A stretch of 64,000 nt of DNA from Actinopolymorphaceae bacterium (GCA_036786375.1 DAIQRJ010000016.1:3965-67964), one strand, 5' to 3'. Shown: positions 29,832 to 40,630, counted from the first letter of the stretch. Made by a program: numbers and translations. The notes: generated by a model from the letters alone, not told the origin.

Positions 29832-30028
29832 GTCAAACCTCCTCGTCACAACGGCTTCCGGGCCACCGAACAGGTTATCAGCGTGCGCACTTGTGACCGG
29901 CGACGCTCAGGTTGGGCTCAGGCCCGGTTCAGCCTCGGGACGGTAGCGTTGGGGCCGTACGCGAGCCACCGTGCACCGGTGGAATCCCCGGACCTGGCCG
30001 TGCCTGCACCAACCGCGAAGGAGTTTCC

Positions 30029-30523
30029 ATGTCGATGCGTATGCCGATGGTCTGTCCCGAGCCTCCGACCGGGTTGCCGGTCGGTTCCTACGACCGCTAC
30101 GAGAAGGCGCAGGCGGCGGTCGATCACCTGTCCGACAAGGGATTCCCGGTCCAGCACCTGACGATCGTCGGCAAGGACCTGGCCCAGGTCGAGCGCGTGA
30201 CGGGGCGCTGGGATGCCGGCAAGGCGATGCGTACCGGTGGTCTGACCGGCGCTTCCTGGGGCCTGTTCATCGGGCTGCTGTTCGCGATCTTCGGCGGTGC
30301 TTCCGGCAGCGGTCTCGTCGCGCTGATCGTGACGATCCCGATCGGCGCGATCTTCGGGATCTTCAACGGCTGGCTGCTCCACCGCAGCACCGGCGGGCGT
30401 CGTGACTTCACGTCCGCGACGCAGGTCGTCGCCTCCCAGTACGACGTGCTCTGCCAGCACCAGCACGCCGAGGACGCCCGCGCCATCCTCGCCCAGTACT
30501 CCCTCCACACCGGGAATCTCTAG
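30029..30523 (+). CDS. general stress protein 17M-like domain membrane protein (Rv1234-like)
   Basis: MSMRMPMV...YDRYEKAQAAVDHLSDKGFPVQHLTIVGKDLAQVERVTGR..., then Gly-rich TM helices. GAAGGAG 5 nt upstream of ATG 30029. Confidence 0.7.
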   Translation: MSMRMPMVCPEPPTGLPVGSYDRYEKAQAAVDHLSDKGFPVQHLTIVGKDLAQVERVTGRWDAGKAMRTGGLTGASWGLFIGLLFAIFGGASGSGLVALIVTIPIGAIFGIFNGWLLHRSTGGRRDFTSATQVVASQYDVLCQHQHAEDARAILAQYSLHTGNL

Positions 30524-30533
30524 GCCTGGTTGA

Positions 30534-31094
30534 GTGTCCCGCATCTATCTGGCTCGCCACGGTGCGACGTCGTGGAGCGAGTCCGGCCAGCACACGTCGT
30601 TCACCGACCTCGATCTCACCCCTGCCGGAGAGGCGGCCGCGAAGGCGATGGGGGAGCGGCTACGCGGGCGGCGGTTCGGTCTCGTCCTGGTCAGCCCGCG
30701 GCTCCGGGCCCGCCGGACGGCCGAGCTCGCGGGAGTCACCGACGCGGTCACCGACGACGAACTCGTCGAATGGGACTACGGCGACTACGAGGGTCTGACG
30801 ACCGACCAGATCCGCGAGACCGCACCTGGGTGGACCGTGTTCAGCTCCCCGTGCCCGAACGGCGAGACCGCCTCGCAAGTGGGAGCGCGGGCGGACCGGG
30901 TGCTGGCCCGGGTGGCCGCCGCCGCCGTCGAGGATGCCCTGCTGATCGGCCACGGACATGCGCTGCGGGTGCTGGCCGCGCGATGGCTGCGTCAGCCCGC
31001 CGCGTTCGGCGCCCACCTCGAGCTGGCCGTGTCGACGTTGAGCAACCTGGGCTGGGAACGCGAGACACCGACCGTCGAAACCTGGAACGCCTGA
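30534..31094 (+). CDS. histidine phosphatase family protein (phosphoglycerate mutase-like)
   Basis: (M)SRIYLARHGATSWSESGQHTSFTDLDLTPAGE... has the RHG motif; ...LLIGHGHALRVL... has the second catalytic His. Confidence 0.85.
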   Translation: MSRIYLARHGATSWSESGQHTSFTDLDLTPAGEAAAKAMGERLRGRRFGLVLVSPRLRARRTAELAGVTDAVTDDELVEWDYGDYEGLTTDQIRETAPGWTVFSSPCPNGETASQVGARADRVLARVAAAAVEDALLIGHGHALRVLAARWLRQPAAFGAHLELAVSTLSNLGWERETPTVETWNA

Positions 31095-31133
31095 GGGCGC
31101 GCCAGATGGACGGTCACGACCGGGCACCGTAGC

Positions 31134-31397
31134 GTGCTGGACGTGAGTTTCCCAGAGAGTGGCAGTCCCGAAGCCGACGCCGAGCAGATCGCGCCGGCCT
31201 TGGAGGTCGTCGCCGGTGAGCCGAGTGCCGAGGAGCTGGCCGCGCTGGTCGCCGTCCTCAGTGCCGTCGCACGGCCCGCCGCGGTCATCGAGAACCGCGA
31301 GGGCGCCCGCGTCGACAGCTGGGCGGCGCCCTGGCGAGGCATCGGGGCACCGGTGCCGCTCGGGCCGGGAGCCTGGAGCGCCGGATCGATCGGCTGA
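31134..31397 (+). CDS. acyl-CoA carboxylase epsilon-subunit-like small protein
   Basis: ...LEVVAGEPSAEELAALVAVLSAVARPA...W..PW... pattern recalled from AccE-type proteins. No carboxylase genes nearby. Assignment from memory. Confidence 0.5.
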   Translation: MLDVSFPESGSPEADAEQIAPALEVVAGEPSAEELAALVAVLSAVARPAAVIENREGARVDSWAAPWRGIGAPVPLGPGAWSAGSIG

Positions 31398-31405
31398 GTC
31401 CGGTC

Positions 31406-32245
31406 GTGCGAATCGATCTGCACGCGCATTCCAACGTCAGCGACGGCACCGAACCGCCACGTGAGCTGGTCCGGCTGGCCGCGGCCGCTGATCTCGACGT
31501 CGTGGCGATCACCGACCACGACACGGTCTCCGGGTGGGACGAAGCCGCCGCGGCGTCGGTCGACTTCGGAATCCGGGTCGTGCCGGGCCTGGAGCTGTCC
31601 TGCACCCGTGGTGCCGCGAGCGTGCACGTCCTCGGCTATCAGATCGACCCGTCCCGACCTGGTGTCGCCGAGGAGCTGACCGCCATCCGGACCGGTCGCA
31701 CCGACCGCCTGCCGGCCATGCTCGCGGCATTGGCGCGGCACGGTATCGAGCTCAGCACCGAGCAGGTCTGGGAAGCCGCGGGTGGCGCTGACTCGCTGGG
31801 ACGCCCGCATGTCGCCGACGCACTCATTGCGGCCGGCTACGCGGCCGACCGGCGTGAGGCTTTCGACGTCTGGCTGGCCGAGGGCCGGCCGGCGCACATC
31901 GCGCGCTACGCGCCCGACGTCATCGACGGGATCCAGCTCATCCGTGCAGCCGGTGGCGTCGCGGTGATCGCGCATCCGTGGGGACGCGAGAGCCGCGACA
32001 CCGTCACCCCGGACGTCCTCGCGGAGTTCGCCCGCGCCGGGCTCGCCGGCATCGAGGCGCACCACGACGACCACGACGAGCCGACCGAGATCGCCCTCGT
32101 CGCGCTCGCGTCCGAGCTCGGCCTCGTCGTCACCGGGGGAAGTGACTGGCACGGCTCCGGGAAGGTCGGCCACGACCTCGGTAGCCGACTGACCGACCCG
32201 GCTGCGTTCGAGGATCTGTTGTCCCGGCTCCCGACAGCGGGCTGA
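31406..32245 (+). CDS. PHP domain-containing metal-dependent phosphoesterase (TrpH/YciV type)
   Basis: (M)RIDLHAHSNVSDGTEPPRELVRLAAAADLDVVAITDHDT... Confidence 0.85.
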   Translation: MRIDLHAHSNVSDGTEPPRELVRLAAAADLDVVAITDHDTVSGWDEAAAASVDFGIRVVPGLELSCTRGAASVHVLGYQIDPSRPGVAEELTAIRTGRTDRLPAMLAALARHGIELSTEQVWEAAGGADSLGRPHVADALIAAGYAADRREAFDVWLAEGRPAHIARYAPDVIDGIQLIRAAGGVAVIAHPWGRESRDTVTPDVLAEFARAGLAGIEAHHDDHDEPTEIALVALASELGLVVTGGSDWHGSGKVGHDLGSRLTDPAAFEDLLSRLPTAG

Positions 32246-32247
32246 GC

Positions 32248-33024
32248 GTGGGCACCGTGCTCGATCCGCGTCTGTTCGGCGAGGTGTTCATCACGCTGAT
32301 GGTGATCATGGATCCGCTCGGGACGGTGCCGATCTTTCTCGGGCTGACGGCGTCGGAGACGAGCGCGCGCCGGCACCGGATGGCCGGTCAGGCGGTCGCC
32401 GTCTCGTTCGGTGTCATCGTGTCGTTCGCCCTGTTCGGGCAGACGATCATCGACTACCTGGGTATCTCATTGCCCGCGCTGCAGTGCGCGGGTGGCTTGC
32501 TCCTGTTGCTCGTGGCGCTCGAACTGCTGACCGGCAAGGCGGACGAGCCGTCCGCCAGCGCTGCCACGAATGTCGCCCTGGTGCCGCTCGGGACGCCGCT
32601 GATGGCCGGCCCGGGCGCGATCGTCGCGACGATGGTCTTCGCCCAGCGGGTGCACACGGCCGCGGACCTGTTCACGGTCGGGCTGGGGATCGTCGCCATC
32701 CACGTGGTGCTGTGGCTGGTGATGCGGTTCTCGGATGTGCTGATGCGGGTGCTGCGCGAGGGTGGCGTGACGCTCGTGACGCGGATCGCCGGTCTCCTGC
32801 TGTCCGCGATCGCGGTGCAGCTGGTGGCCGACGCGGTCCGCGCGTTCATCGCGGCGGGCCGAGGGTCCGGTTCCTCGGGCTCGGGCGGGCGCCCCGGCCG
32901 CTCCGCCGCGCCGTCGAGTCCCAGCCGCGCCGAGTGGACGCCCAGATGCGCGACACGCCGAGTTCTTGGTGCGGGAGCGACCACTCTGATCGAGATGCGT
33001 GCTGTTGCCGGCCGGCGCTCCTAA
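32248..33024 (+). CDS. MarC family (UPF0056) integral membrane protein
   Basis: ...FITLMVIMDPLGTVPIFLGLT... and several further TM helices. The C-terminal ~60 aa are low-complexity. Stop TAA at 33022-33024. Confidence 0.8.
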   Translation: MGTVLDPRLFGEVFITLMVIMDPLGTVPIFLGLTASETSARRHRMAGQAVAVSFGVIVSFALFGQTIIDYLGISLPALQCAGGLLLLLVALELLTGKADEPSASAATNVALVPLGTPLMAGPGAIVATMVFAQRVHTAADLFTVGLGIVAIHVVLWLVMRFSDVLMRVLREGGVTLVTRIAGLLLSAIAVQLVADAVRAFIAAGRGSGSSGSGGRPGRSAAPSSPSRAEWTPRCATRRVLGAGATTLIEMRAVAGRRS

Positions 33025-33034
33025 AATCGTCCTC

Positions 33035-34543
33035 ATGATCGATAAACGGCCGGCCGCGAACGCGTGCGCCGTCGCGCCGGACGTACGGGTGCTCGTGGAT
33101 GGCGTCGAGCTGGCTGCCTGCTCGAGCCTCGCCCTCGTCGATCTCCTGTCCACCCTGGCGGTGGAGTTGTGTGCGCCGGTACTCGCGGTGATCGAGCGAC
33201 GGCTTCTCGACGGACCGGCTCTCGACGTCGTCCTCGCCGCCGAGCAACGGCTCGTCAACTGGGCGCAGGCCGGGTCCGCCGCCACGACCTGTGAGCTTGC
33301 CCTTGCGCCTGACCGGCCCGCGTTTCCCGGGCAGCGGTTGTCCGAGCCCGACGGGTTCGCCGCCGAGAGCATCGCGTTCGCGTTGGGGACATCGCCGATG
33401 GCGGCCGGATATGCGCTCGATTTCGCGTGGTTCGCCTACCGCCGGATGCCGATCGCCTGGCACGCGTGGTGGGAAGGCTTCCTCACCACCACCAAGATGC
33501 GGATCTTCCAGGACCTGCTGGTGGACTGCGCGGCCGAGGTCGTCTCCCTGTTCGAGGCCCAGTTCCTCGACACCGTCCATGCCGATCGCAACGGCCGGAC
33601 GAAGCTCGGGCGCGCGGCCGGGGATCACAACGGTCCGATGCGATCGCGTGGCCGCCGGTTGATCGCGAAGCTCGACCCAGGATTGGCCGAGCGGCAGCGG
33701 GCGGGCCGTGAGCGTTCGCCGCGCGTCGTGACCGGCGGCAACGCGGACGGAAGCGGCTACGTGTCGGCCACCGGTTTCGCGTTCGCCGACGTCGCCGAGA
33801 TGGACGCCTACATCACTGCGATGGTCGACGAGCTTCGAGCGCTGGGCGACGAGCGGAGCAAGCAGCTGCTCCGCGTGTATGTGTTCACCTGCCTGCTGAC
33901 CGGGCAGCCGGTGATCAGAACCGAGGCACCCGACGCCGAGGCCGACGGTCAACCCGAAGGTACGCACGCCGCTGACACCGACGCGGACCCGGGTTACCCC
34001 TCGACCGTTGATCCGCATCGGCCGATCCGCCGTGGTCCGACCGGCCGGGTGTCACCGGTCGGCATCGTCGAGCTGGTCGTGCGGGCCGAGAGCCTCGATC
34101 CCGCTGGTGTCGAGCTCGGCTGGATCGGCCGATGCGGGCTCATCCCGGCAGACGTCGTCCGCGAGCTCGTCGAACGTGCGAGCCGCGCACCCACCGACTG
34201 GTGCCTCAGTGTGGTCGACGCCAGCGGGGAGGTGGTGCGGCACGCGCGCACGCATCACGATCCGACCACGGCGCAGCGCGAGTTCACCGAAGCCCGCTTC
34301 GGGACGTGCACGTTCCCGGGGTGTCAACGACGCTCGAGTCGATGCGATCTCGACCATCGGATCCCATGGGAGTCAGGTGGACCGACCTGCCCGTGCAACC
34401 TGCAGCCGCTGTGCCGTCGCCACCACCGCGTCAAGCAACGACCCGGCTGGCAGGTGACCGCCGACGCCGGTGCAGAGACGACGTGGACGAGCCCCAACGG
34501 CAGGTCGGTGATCAGCTACGCCGCACGCGTCGACTCCAGTTGA
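33035..34543 (+). CDS. DUF222 / HNH endonuclease domain protein (REP13E12-like family)
   Basis: C-terminus ...CTFPGCQRRSSRCDLDHRIPWESGGPTCPCNLQPLCRRHHRVKQRPGWQV... (HNH). N-terminal DUF222-like region. ATG 33035 is 7 nt after TAAAAT (33022-33027). Confidence 0.8.
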   Translation: MIDKRPAANACAVAPDVRVLVDGVELAACSSLALVDLLSTLAVELCAPVLAVIERRLLDGPALDVVLAAEQRLVNWAQAGSAATTCELALAPDRPAFPGQRLSEPDGFAAESIAFALGTSPMAAGYALDFAWFAYRRMPIAWHAWWEGFLTTTKMRIFQDLLVDCAAEVVSLFEAQFLDTVHADRNGRTKLGRAAGDHNGPMRSRGRRLIAKLDPGLAERQRAGRERSPRVVTGGNADGSGYVSATGFAFADVAEMDAYITAMVDELRALGDERSKQLLRVYVFTCLLTGQPVIRTEAPDAEADGQPEGTHAADTDADPGYPSTVDPHRPIRRGPTGRVSPVGIVELVVRAESLDPAGVELGWIGRCGLIPADVVRELVERASRAPTDWCLSVVDASGEVVRHARTHHDPTTAQREFTEARFGTCTFPGCQRRSSRCDLDHRIPWESGGPTCPCNLQPLCRRHHRVKQRPGWQVTADAGAETTWTSPNGRSVISYAARVDSS

Positions 34544-34555
34544 GACCGGCGACCG

Positions 34556-36145
<1,590 letters not shown>

Positions 36146-36339
36146 AATGATGCCTCTCCGTGCGCCGTCTGGCCGAAGGGCACCCGGGAGCGGATCACAG
36201 TCGGCGATCGGATCGGGTGCGGCAAAGACGACTTTCAGCCTCTAAGTCTAGCCGTAACCGGTCACCACGAACTCCGGTCGACGTTTGCGCCGGTCCAGAC
36301 GGGCGCGGGCGGGCGCATTCGGTCGCTAAGGTCGAGTTC

Positions 36340-37002
36340 ATGGCACAGGTGCCCGGTGATGGCGTCGTCGATCTGCTCGGTGCGCTGGCCTACGGCGAGC
36401 TGACCGCGTTCGAGCGCATGGCCGACGACGCGAAGTTCGCACCTACGCTTGCCGACAAGGCCGAGCTGGCCGGATTGTCGGTGGTCGAGTTCGGCCACTT
36501 CTCCCGGTTGCGCGATCGCATCGCCGAGCTCGGGGCCGACGTGGTGATCGTGATGGAGCCGTTCCGGGCGGCCGTCGACTCGTTCCATGCGCACACCGCG
36601 CCGCGGGACTGGATCGAGGGCGTCGTCAAGGCATATGTGGGCGACGGCATCGCCGCGGACTTCTACCGCGAGGCCGCCGTCTATGTGGACGAGCGCACCC
36701 GCGAGGTGATGCTGGAGGCGTTGTCGGAGACCGGCTACACCGACTTCGCCGTGCGGCGGGTCCGCGAGGCGATAGCGAAGGATCCGAAGGTCGCCGGGCG
36801 GTTGGCGCTGTGGGGACGCCGGCTCGTCGGGGAGGCCCTCTCGCAGGCGCAGCGGGTCGCCGCCGAGCGCGACGTGTTGTCGGCCATGCTGGTGGGTGCG
36901 GATGACCAGCAGGGCCTCGACCTGGCTTCGGTGGGTGAGATGTTCACCCGGCTGACCGAGCAGCACGTTCTGCGGATGAACACACTCGGCCTCCAGTCTT
37001 GA
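36340..37002 (+). CDS. ferritin-like fold protein (conserved actinobacterial, divergent from the helicase)
   Basis: MAQVPGDGVVDLLGALAYGELTAFERMADDAKFAPTLADKAELAG...WIEGVVKAYVGDGIAADFYRE... ATG 36340 inside track ORF 36160..37002. Confidence 0.7.
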   Translation: MAQVPGDGVVDLLGALAYGELTAFERMADDAKFAPTLADKAELAGLSVVEFGHFSRLRDRIAELGADVVIVMEPFRAAVDSFHAHTAPRDWIEGVVKAYVGDGIAADFYREAAVYVDERTREVMLEALSETGYTDFAVRRVREAIAKDPKVAGRLALWGRRLVGEALSQAQRVAAERDVLSAMLVGADDQQGLDLASVGEMFTRLTEQHVLRMNTLGLQS

Positions 37003-37013
37003 GGACCGGTGGC

Positions 37014-37238
37014 TCAGGCCGCGCCGAAGCCGACGCGGCGTTCGCGCGGGTCGCCGAGATCGACGTAGGCGAGCTTCGCCCCAGGGACGAGAACCTTGCG
37101 TTCGTGCGAATCGGTCAGGACCAGCAGGCCGCCGGTCAAGATCGCGTCCGTGACGGCTTTGAGGATCACGTCGACGGCCTCGGTCGAATCGATGGTGAGT
37201 TCGCGGGCTGTATCGACGATCCCGATCTTGATTTCCAT
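37014..37238 (-). CDS. DUF3107 domain-containing protein (Rv3208A/TB9.4-like)
   Basis: MEIKIGIVDTARELTIDSTEAVDVILKAVTDAILTGGLLVLTDSHERKVLVPGAKLAYVDLGDPRERRVGFGAA. AAGGAG upstream. Confidence 0.85.
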   Translation of the reverse strand: MEIKIGIVDTARELTIDSTEAVDVILKAVTDAILTGGLLVLTDSHERKVLVPGAKLAYVDLGDPRERRVGFGAA

Positions 37239-37267
37239 GGCAGATCTGCTCCTTGGTTGCGGTCCGC

Positions 37268-37933
37268 CTAACGTACGTGGTCACCGCTCGCAGCCGGTCC
37301 GACGGGCACGGCTGCCGTCGGCGGCGCGGCCATCACCGGGAACGCGGCCAGACCGCGCCAGACCAGGGCGATCACCAGCTCGCATGCGTGCTCGCGCGGA
37401 AACGGGCGGCCCGCGCTCAGCCACGCCTGCGCGCTGACCCGGGCGGTCCCGGCCAGCGCGGTGCCCAGCAGCATCGCCTCGGCCACCGACAGTCCGGTCT
37501 GCTCCCCGATGGCGGCCGCGATCGCGGCGGCGCACGCCCGCTCGGACTGGTCGAGCCGCTCGCGGACCTCGACCATGTTGCCGAGATCGGACTCGAACAC
37601 CAGCCGGAAGTCCTCGCTGCCCTCGTCGACGAACGCGAAGTAGGCCGCGACCGCCGCCTCCACACGCGAGTGGTTCTCATCCGTGCTCGCGATCGCGTTC
37701 TGGACCGTCACGACCAGCGCCTCGGTGGACTCGTCCAGGAGCGCGAGATAGAGGTCGAGCTTGCTGCCGAAGTGCTGGTAGACCACCGGCTTGCTCACCC
37801 CGGCGCTCTCGGCGATGTCGTCCATCGCCGCCGCGTGATAGCCGTTCGACACGAACACCGACCGGGCCGCGTCGAGCAACTGCGTGCGACGGGCGTCGCG
37901 CGGCATCCGGGTCGCCCGGCTCGGCTCGCCCAT
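37268..37933 (-). CDS. TetR family transcriptional regulator (Rv3208-like)
   Basis: MGEPSRATRMPRDARRTQLLDAARSVFVSNGYHAAAMDDIAESAGVSKPVVYQHFGSKLDLY... (HTH). ATG shares one nucleotide with the upstream stop (TGATG). Confidence 0.85.
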   Translation of the reverse strand: MGEPSRATRMPRDARRTQLLDAARSVFVSNGYHAAAMDDIAESAGVSKPVVYQHFGSKLDLYLALLDESTEALVVTVQNAIASTDENHSRVEAAVAAYFAFVDEGSEDFRLVFESDLGNMVEVRERLDQSERACAAAIAAAIGEQTGLSVAEAMLLGTALAGTARVSAQAWLSAGRPFPREHACELVIALVWRGLAAFPVMAAPPTAAVPVGPAASGDHVR

Positions 37934-38853
37934 CAGCCCTCGGACCCGAGCAGGCCGGCGAACAGGTCGCCGTCGTCGGCGACCCGGGAGAAGACGTCGG
38001 CGGGCAGGAACACCAGATCGGCCGGGTCCGCGCAGGAGCCGACCTCGTCCCACGTGACCGGAGCCGACACCGTCGGGATCTCGCGCCCCCGCAGCGAATA
38101 CGGGGCGATCGTCGTCTTCGCCGGGTTGTTCTGGCTCCAGTCCACCAGCACCTTGCCGGGTCGCAACGTCTTCGTCATCCGGGAGACGACCAACTTCGGC
38201 AGCTGCTTCTCCAACCGCTCGGCGAGCGCGTGCGCGTACGCGGCGCTGTCGTCCGGCTCGTCGGCGTCGCCGGGCCAGCGCGCGTAGAGCTGCATGCCCT
38301 TGGAGCCCGAGACCTTGGCGAACAACGGCCCGATCTCGTCCTCGACGATGTCGCGCGCGGCCAGGGCGACCTCGCAGCAGTCGACGACGGTGGCCGGCGG
38401 CCCGGGGTCGAGGTCGAGCACGAGGAGGTCCGGCGGCTGCGCTTTCCCGTCGGCGTCGACCTGCCACTGCGGGACGTGCAACTCCAGCGCGGCGAGATTC
38501 GCCAGCCAGGCCAGGGTTGCCGTCTCGTCGGCGATCACGTAGTCGATCTCGTCGCGGTTCTTCGTGCTGCCCGGTACCGGCAGCGTCACCGTCCGGACCC
38601 AGCTCGGTGCGCCCTTCGGCGCGTTCTTCTCGAAGAAGGACGGTGCTCCGGTGCCATTCGGCCACCGCTTGCGGGTCAACGGGCGGCCGGTCAGATGGGG
38701 GAGGAGGACGCCGGAGATGCGCGCGTAGTAGTCGAGCACCTCGGCCTTGGTGAAGCCGTTCCCCGGGTACAGCACCTTGTCGAGGTGGCTGAGCTTCACT
38801 GTGCGGCCGCCGACGCGGGCAACCGGGTCGGCGGGTGCGTCAGCGGTGGCCAT
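37933..38853 (-). CDS. stand-alone LigD polymerase/primase (AEP) domain protein of the NHEJ family
   Basis: ...VKLSHLDKVLYPGNGFTKAEVLDYYARISGVLLPHLTGRPLTRKRWPNG...IDYVIADETATLAWLANLAALELHVPQW...LVLDLDPG... No ligase or nuclease domain, and no ku in the window. Confidence 0.85.
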   Translation of the reverse strand: MATADAPADPVARVGGRTVKLSHLDKVLYPGNGFTKAEVLDYYARISGVLLPHLTGRPLTRKRWPNGTGAPSFFEKNAPKGAPSWVRTVTLPVPGSTKNRDEIDYVIADETATLAWLANLAALELHVPQWQVDADGKAQPPDLLVLDLDPGPPATVVDCCEVALAARDIVEDEIGPLFAKVSGSKGMQLYARWPGDADEPDDSAAYAHALAERLEKQLPKLVVSRMTKTLRPGKVLVDWSQNNPAKTTIAPYSLRGREIPTVSAPVTWDEVGSCADPADLVFLPADVFSRVADDGDLFAGLLGSEG

Positions 38854-39052
38854 GGCTCATCGTCGCAGGTACACCGCGGTAGGCGAAGCAGCCGGCCGCG
38901 CAGGATCCGCGCGCGGCGGTGCTCGGCGTCGCCTCCTCGTCCGGATGACGGGACGGCCATCCGGCATGCGGACACCGGAGGGACGATTCTCCAACGGGCC
39001 CGTGTTGGATGGCCTGGTAGGCGCGAGAACCCGAAACGAGAGCGAGACTCCC

Positions 39053-40237
39053 ATGGCACTGCCGCCCCTGGTCGACGACTCCGGCACGCTCACGGTGGAC
39101 GAGGTCCGCCGTTACAGCCGCCACCTGATCATTCCCGACGTCGGCATGTCGGGTCAGAAGCGGCTCAAGAACGCCAAGGTCCTCGTCGTCGGCGCCGGCG
39201 GGCTCGGCAGCCCCGCGCTGATGTATCTAGCCGCGGCTGGTGTCGGAACGCTCGGCATCATCGACTTCGACGTCGTCGACGAGTCGAACCTGCAGCGCCA
39301 GATCATCCACGGCCAGAGCGACATCGGCCGGGCCAAAGCCCTCTCCGCACAGGAGAAGGTGTCCGAGATCAACCCGTACACCAAGGTGATCGTCCACAAC
39401 TCGCGCTTGGACAACGACAACGCGCTGGACATCTTCGCGGGCTACGACCTGATCGTCGACGGCACCGACAACTTCGCCACCCGCTACCTCGTCAACGACG
39501 CGGCTGTGCTGCTCGGCAAGCCCTACGTGTGGGGCTCCATCTACCGCTTCGAGGGCCAGGTCTCGGTCTTCTGGGAAGACGCGCCCGACGGCCGCGGCCT
39601 GAACTACCGCGACCTCTACCCTGAAGCCCCACCGCCCGGGATGGTCCCGTCCTGCGCCGAAGGCGGCGTACTCGGCGTCCTGTGCGCCTCGATCGGCTCG
39701 ATCATGGTCACCGAGGCGATCAAGCTGATCACCGGCATCGGTGAGCCGCTGCTCGGCCGGCTGATGATCTACGACGCGCTCGAGATGCGCTACGACACGC
39801 TCAACATCCGCAAGAGCCCGGACGCGGAGAAGATTGTCGAACTGATCGACTACGAGGCGTTCTGCGGTGTGCTGTCCGACGACGCGCTGGACGCCGTCAT
39901 CGACTCGACCATCGACGCCCGCACGCTCAAGGGCTGGCTGGACGAGCGCGAGGCCGGCACGCGCAACTTCGAGTTGATCGACGTTCGCGAGCCGGGGGAG
40001 TACGAGATCGTGTCGATCCCGGGCGCGAAGCTGATCCCCAAGGGCGAGTTCGTCTCCGGTGCGGTTCTCTCGGATCTCCCGCGGGACCGCCAGATCGTCC
40101 TGCACTGCAAGTCCGGGGTTCGCTCGGCCGAGGCGCTGGCGGTGCTCAAGGGCGCCGGCTTCGCCGATGCGGTGCACGTCGGCGGCGGCGTACTCGCGTG
40201 GGTCAGCCAGATCGAGCCGGACAAGCCCAGCTACTGA
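39053..40237 (+). CDS. moeZ: adenylyltransferase/sulfurtransferase MoeZ (ThiF/MoeB E1-like domain plus C-terminal rhodanese)
   Basis: ...RYSRHLIIPDVGMSGQKRLKNAKVLVVGAGGLGSPALMYLAAAGVGTLGIIDFDVVDESNLQRQ...; rhodanese loop ...LHCKSGVRS... Confidence 0.9.
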   Translation: MALPPLVDDSGTLTVDEVRRYSRHLIIPDVGMSGQKRLKNAKVLVVGAGGLGSPALMYLAAAGVGTLGIIDFDVVDESNLQRQIIHGQSDIGRAKALSAQEKVSEINPYTKVIVHNSRLDNDNALDIFAGYDLIVDGTDNFATRYLVNDAAVLLGKPYVWGSIYRFEGQVSVFWEDAPDGRGLNYRDLYPEAPPPGMVPSCAEGGVLGVLCASIGSIMVTEAIKLITGIGEPLLGRLMIYDALEMRYDTLNIRKSPDAEKIVELIDYEAFCGVLSDDALDAVIDSTIDARTLKGWLDEREAGTRNFELIDVREPGEYEIVSIPGAKLIPKGEFVSGAVLSDLPRDRQIVLHCKSGVRSAEALAVLKGAGFADAVHVGGGVLAWVSQIEPDKPSY

Positions 40238-40286
40238 CCTGCCGGCTGAGCCGAGCACAACGCTTGCGACGCGGCCAGGAGGCGGC

Positions 40287-40598
40287 ATGGACGACGATGC
40301 GCTTGCGCGGGTCTACGACGTCATCGACGCGATCCCGGCCGGCTCGGTGATGACCTACGGCGACGTCGCCGAAGCCGCCGGACTGAACTCGGCGCGGATC
40401 GTCGGGCGCATCCTCTCCCAGGGCGACGAGCCGGTCCCGTGGCACCGCGTCGTGCGATCCGATGGGACGTGCGCACGTCACCTGCAGGACGAGCAGCTGT
40501 CAAGGCTGCGCGCCGAGGGCGTGCCGATCCGCGGGATGCGCATCGTGCTCGCACAGGCGCGGCTGGACCCGGGGGAGCTGCGCATCGCGCCGCACTGA
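40287..40598 (+). CDS. MGMT-family DNA-binding protein, alkyltransferase-like (ATL; Trp replaces the active-site Cys)
   Basis: MDDDALARVYDVIDAIPAGSVMTYGDVAEAAGLNSARIVGRILSQGDEPVPWHRVVRSDG... PWHRV replaces the canonical PCHRV. Confidence 0.8.
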   Translation: MDDDALARVYDVIDAIPAGSVMTYGDVAEAAGLNSARIVGRILSQGDEPVPWHRVVRSDGTCARHLQDEQLSRLRAEGVPIRGMRIVLAQARLDPGELRIAPH

Positions 40599-40630
40599 TT
40601 CCTCGGGCACGCTGATCCTGCAGATCACCT

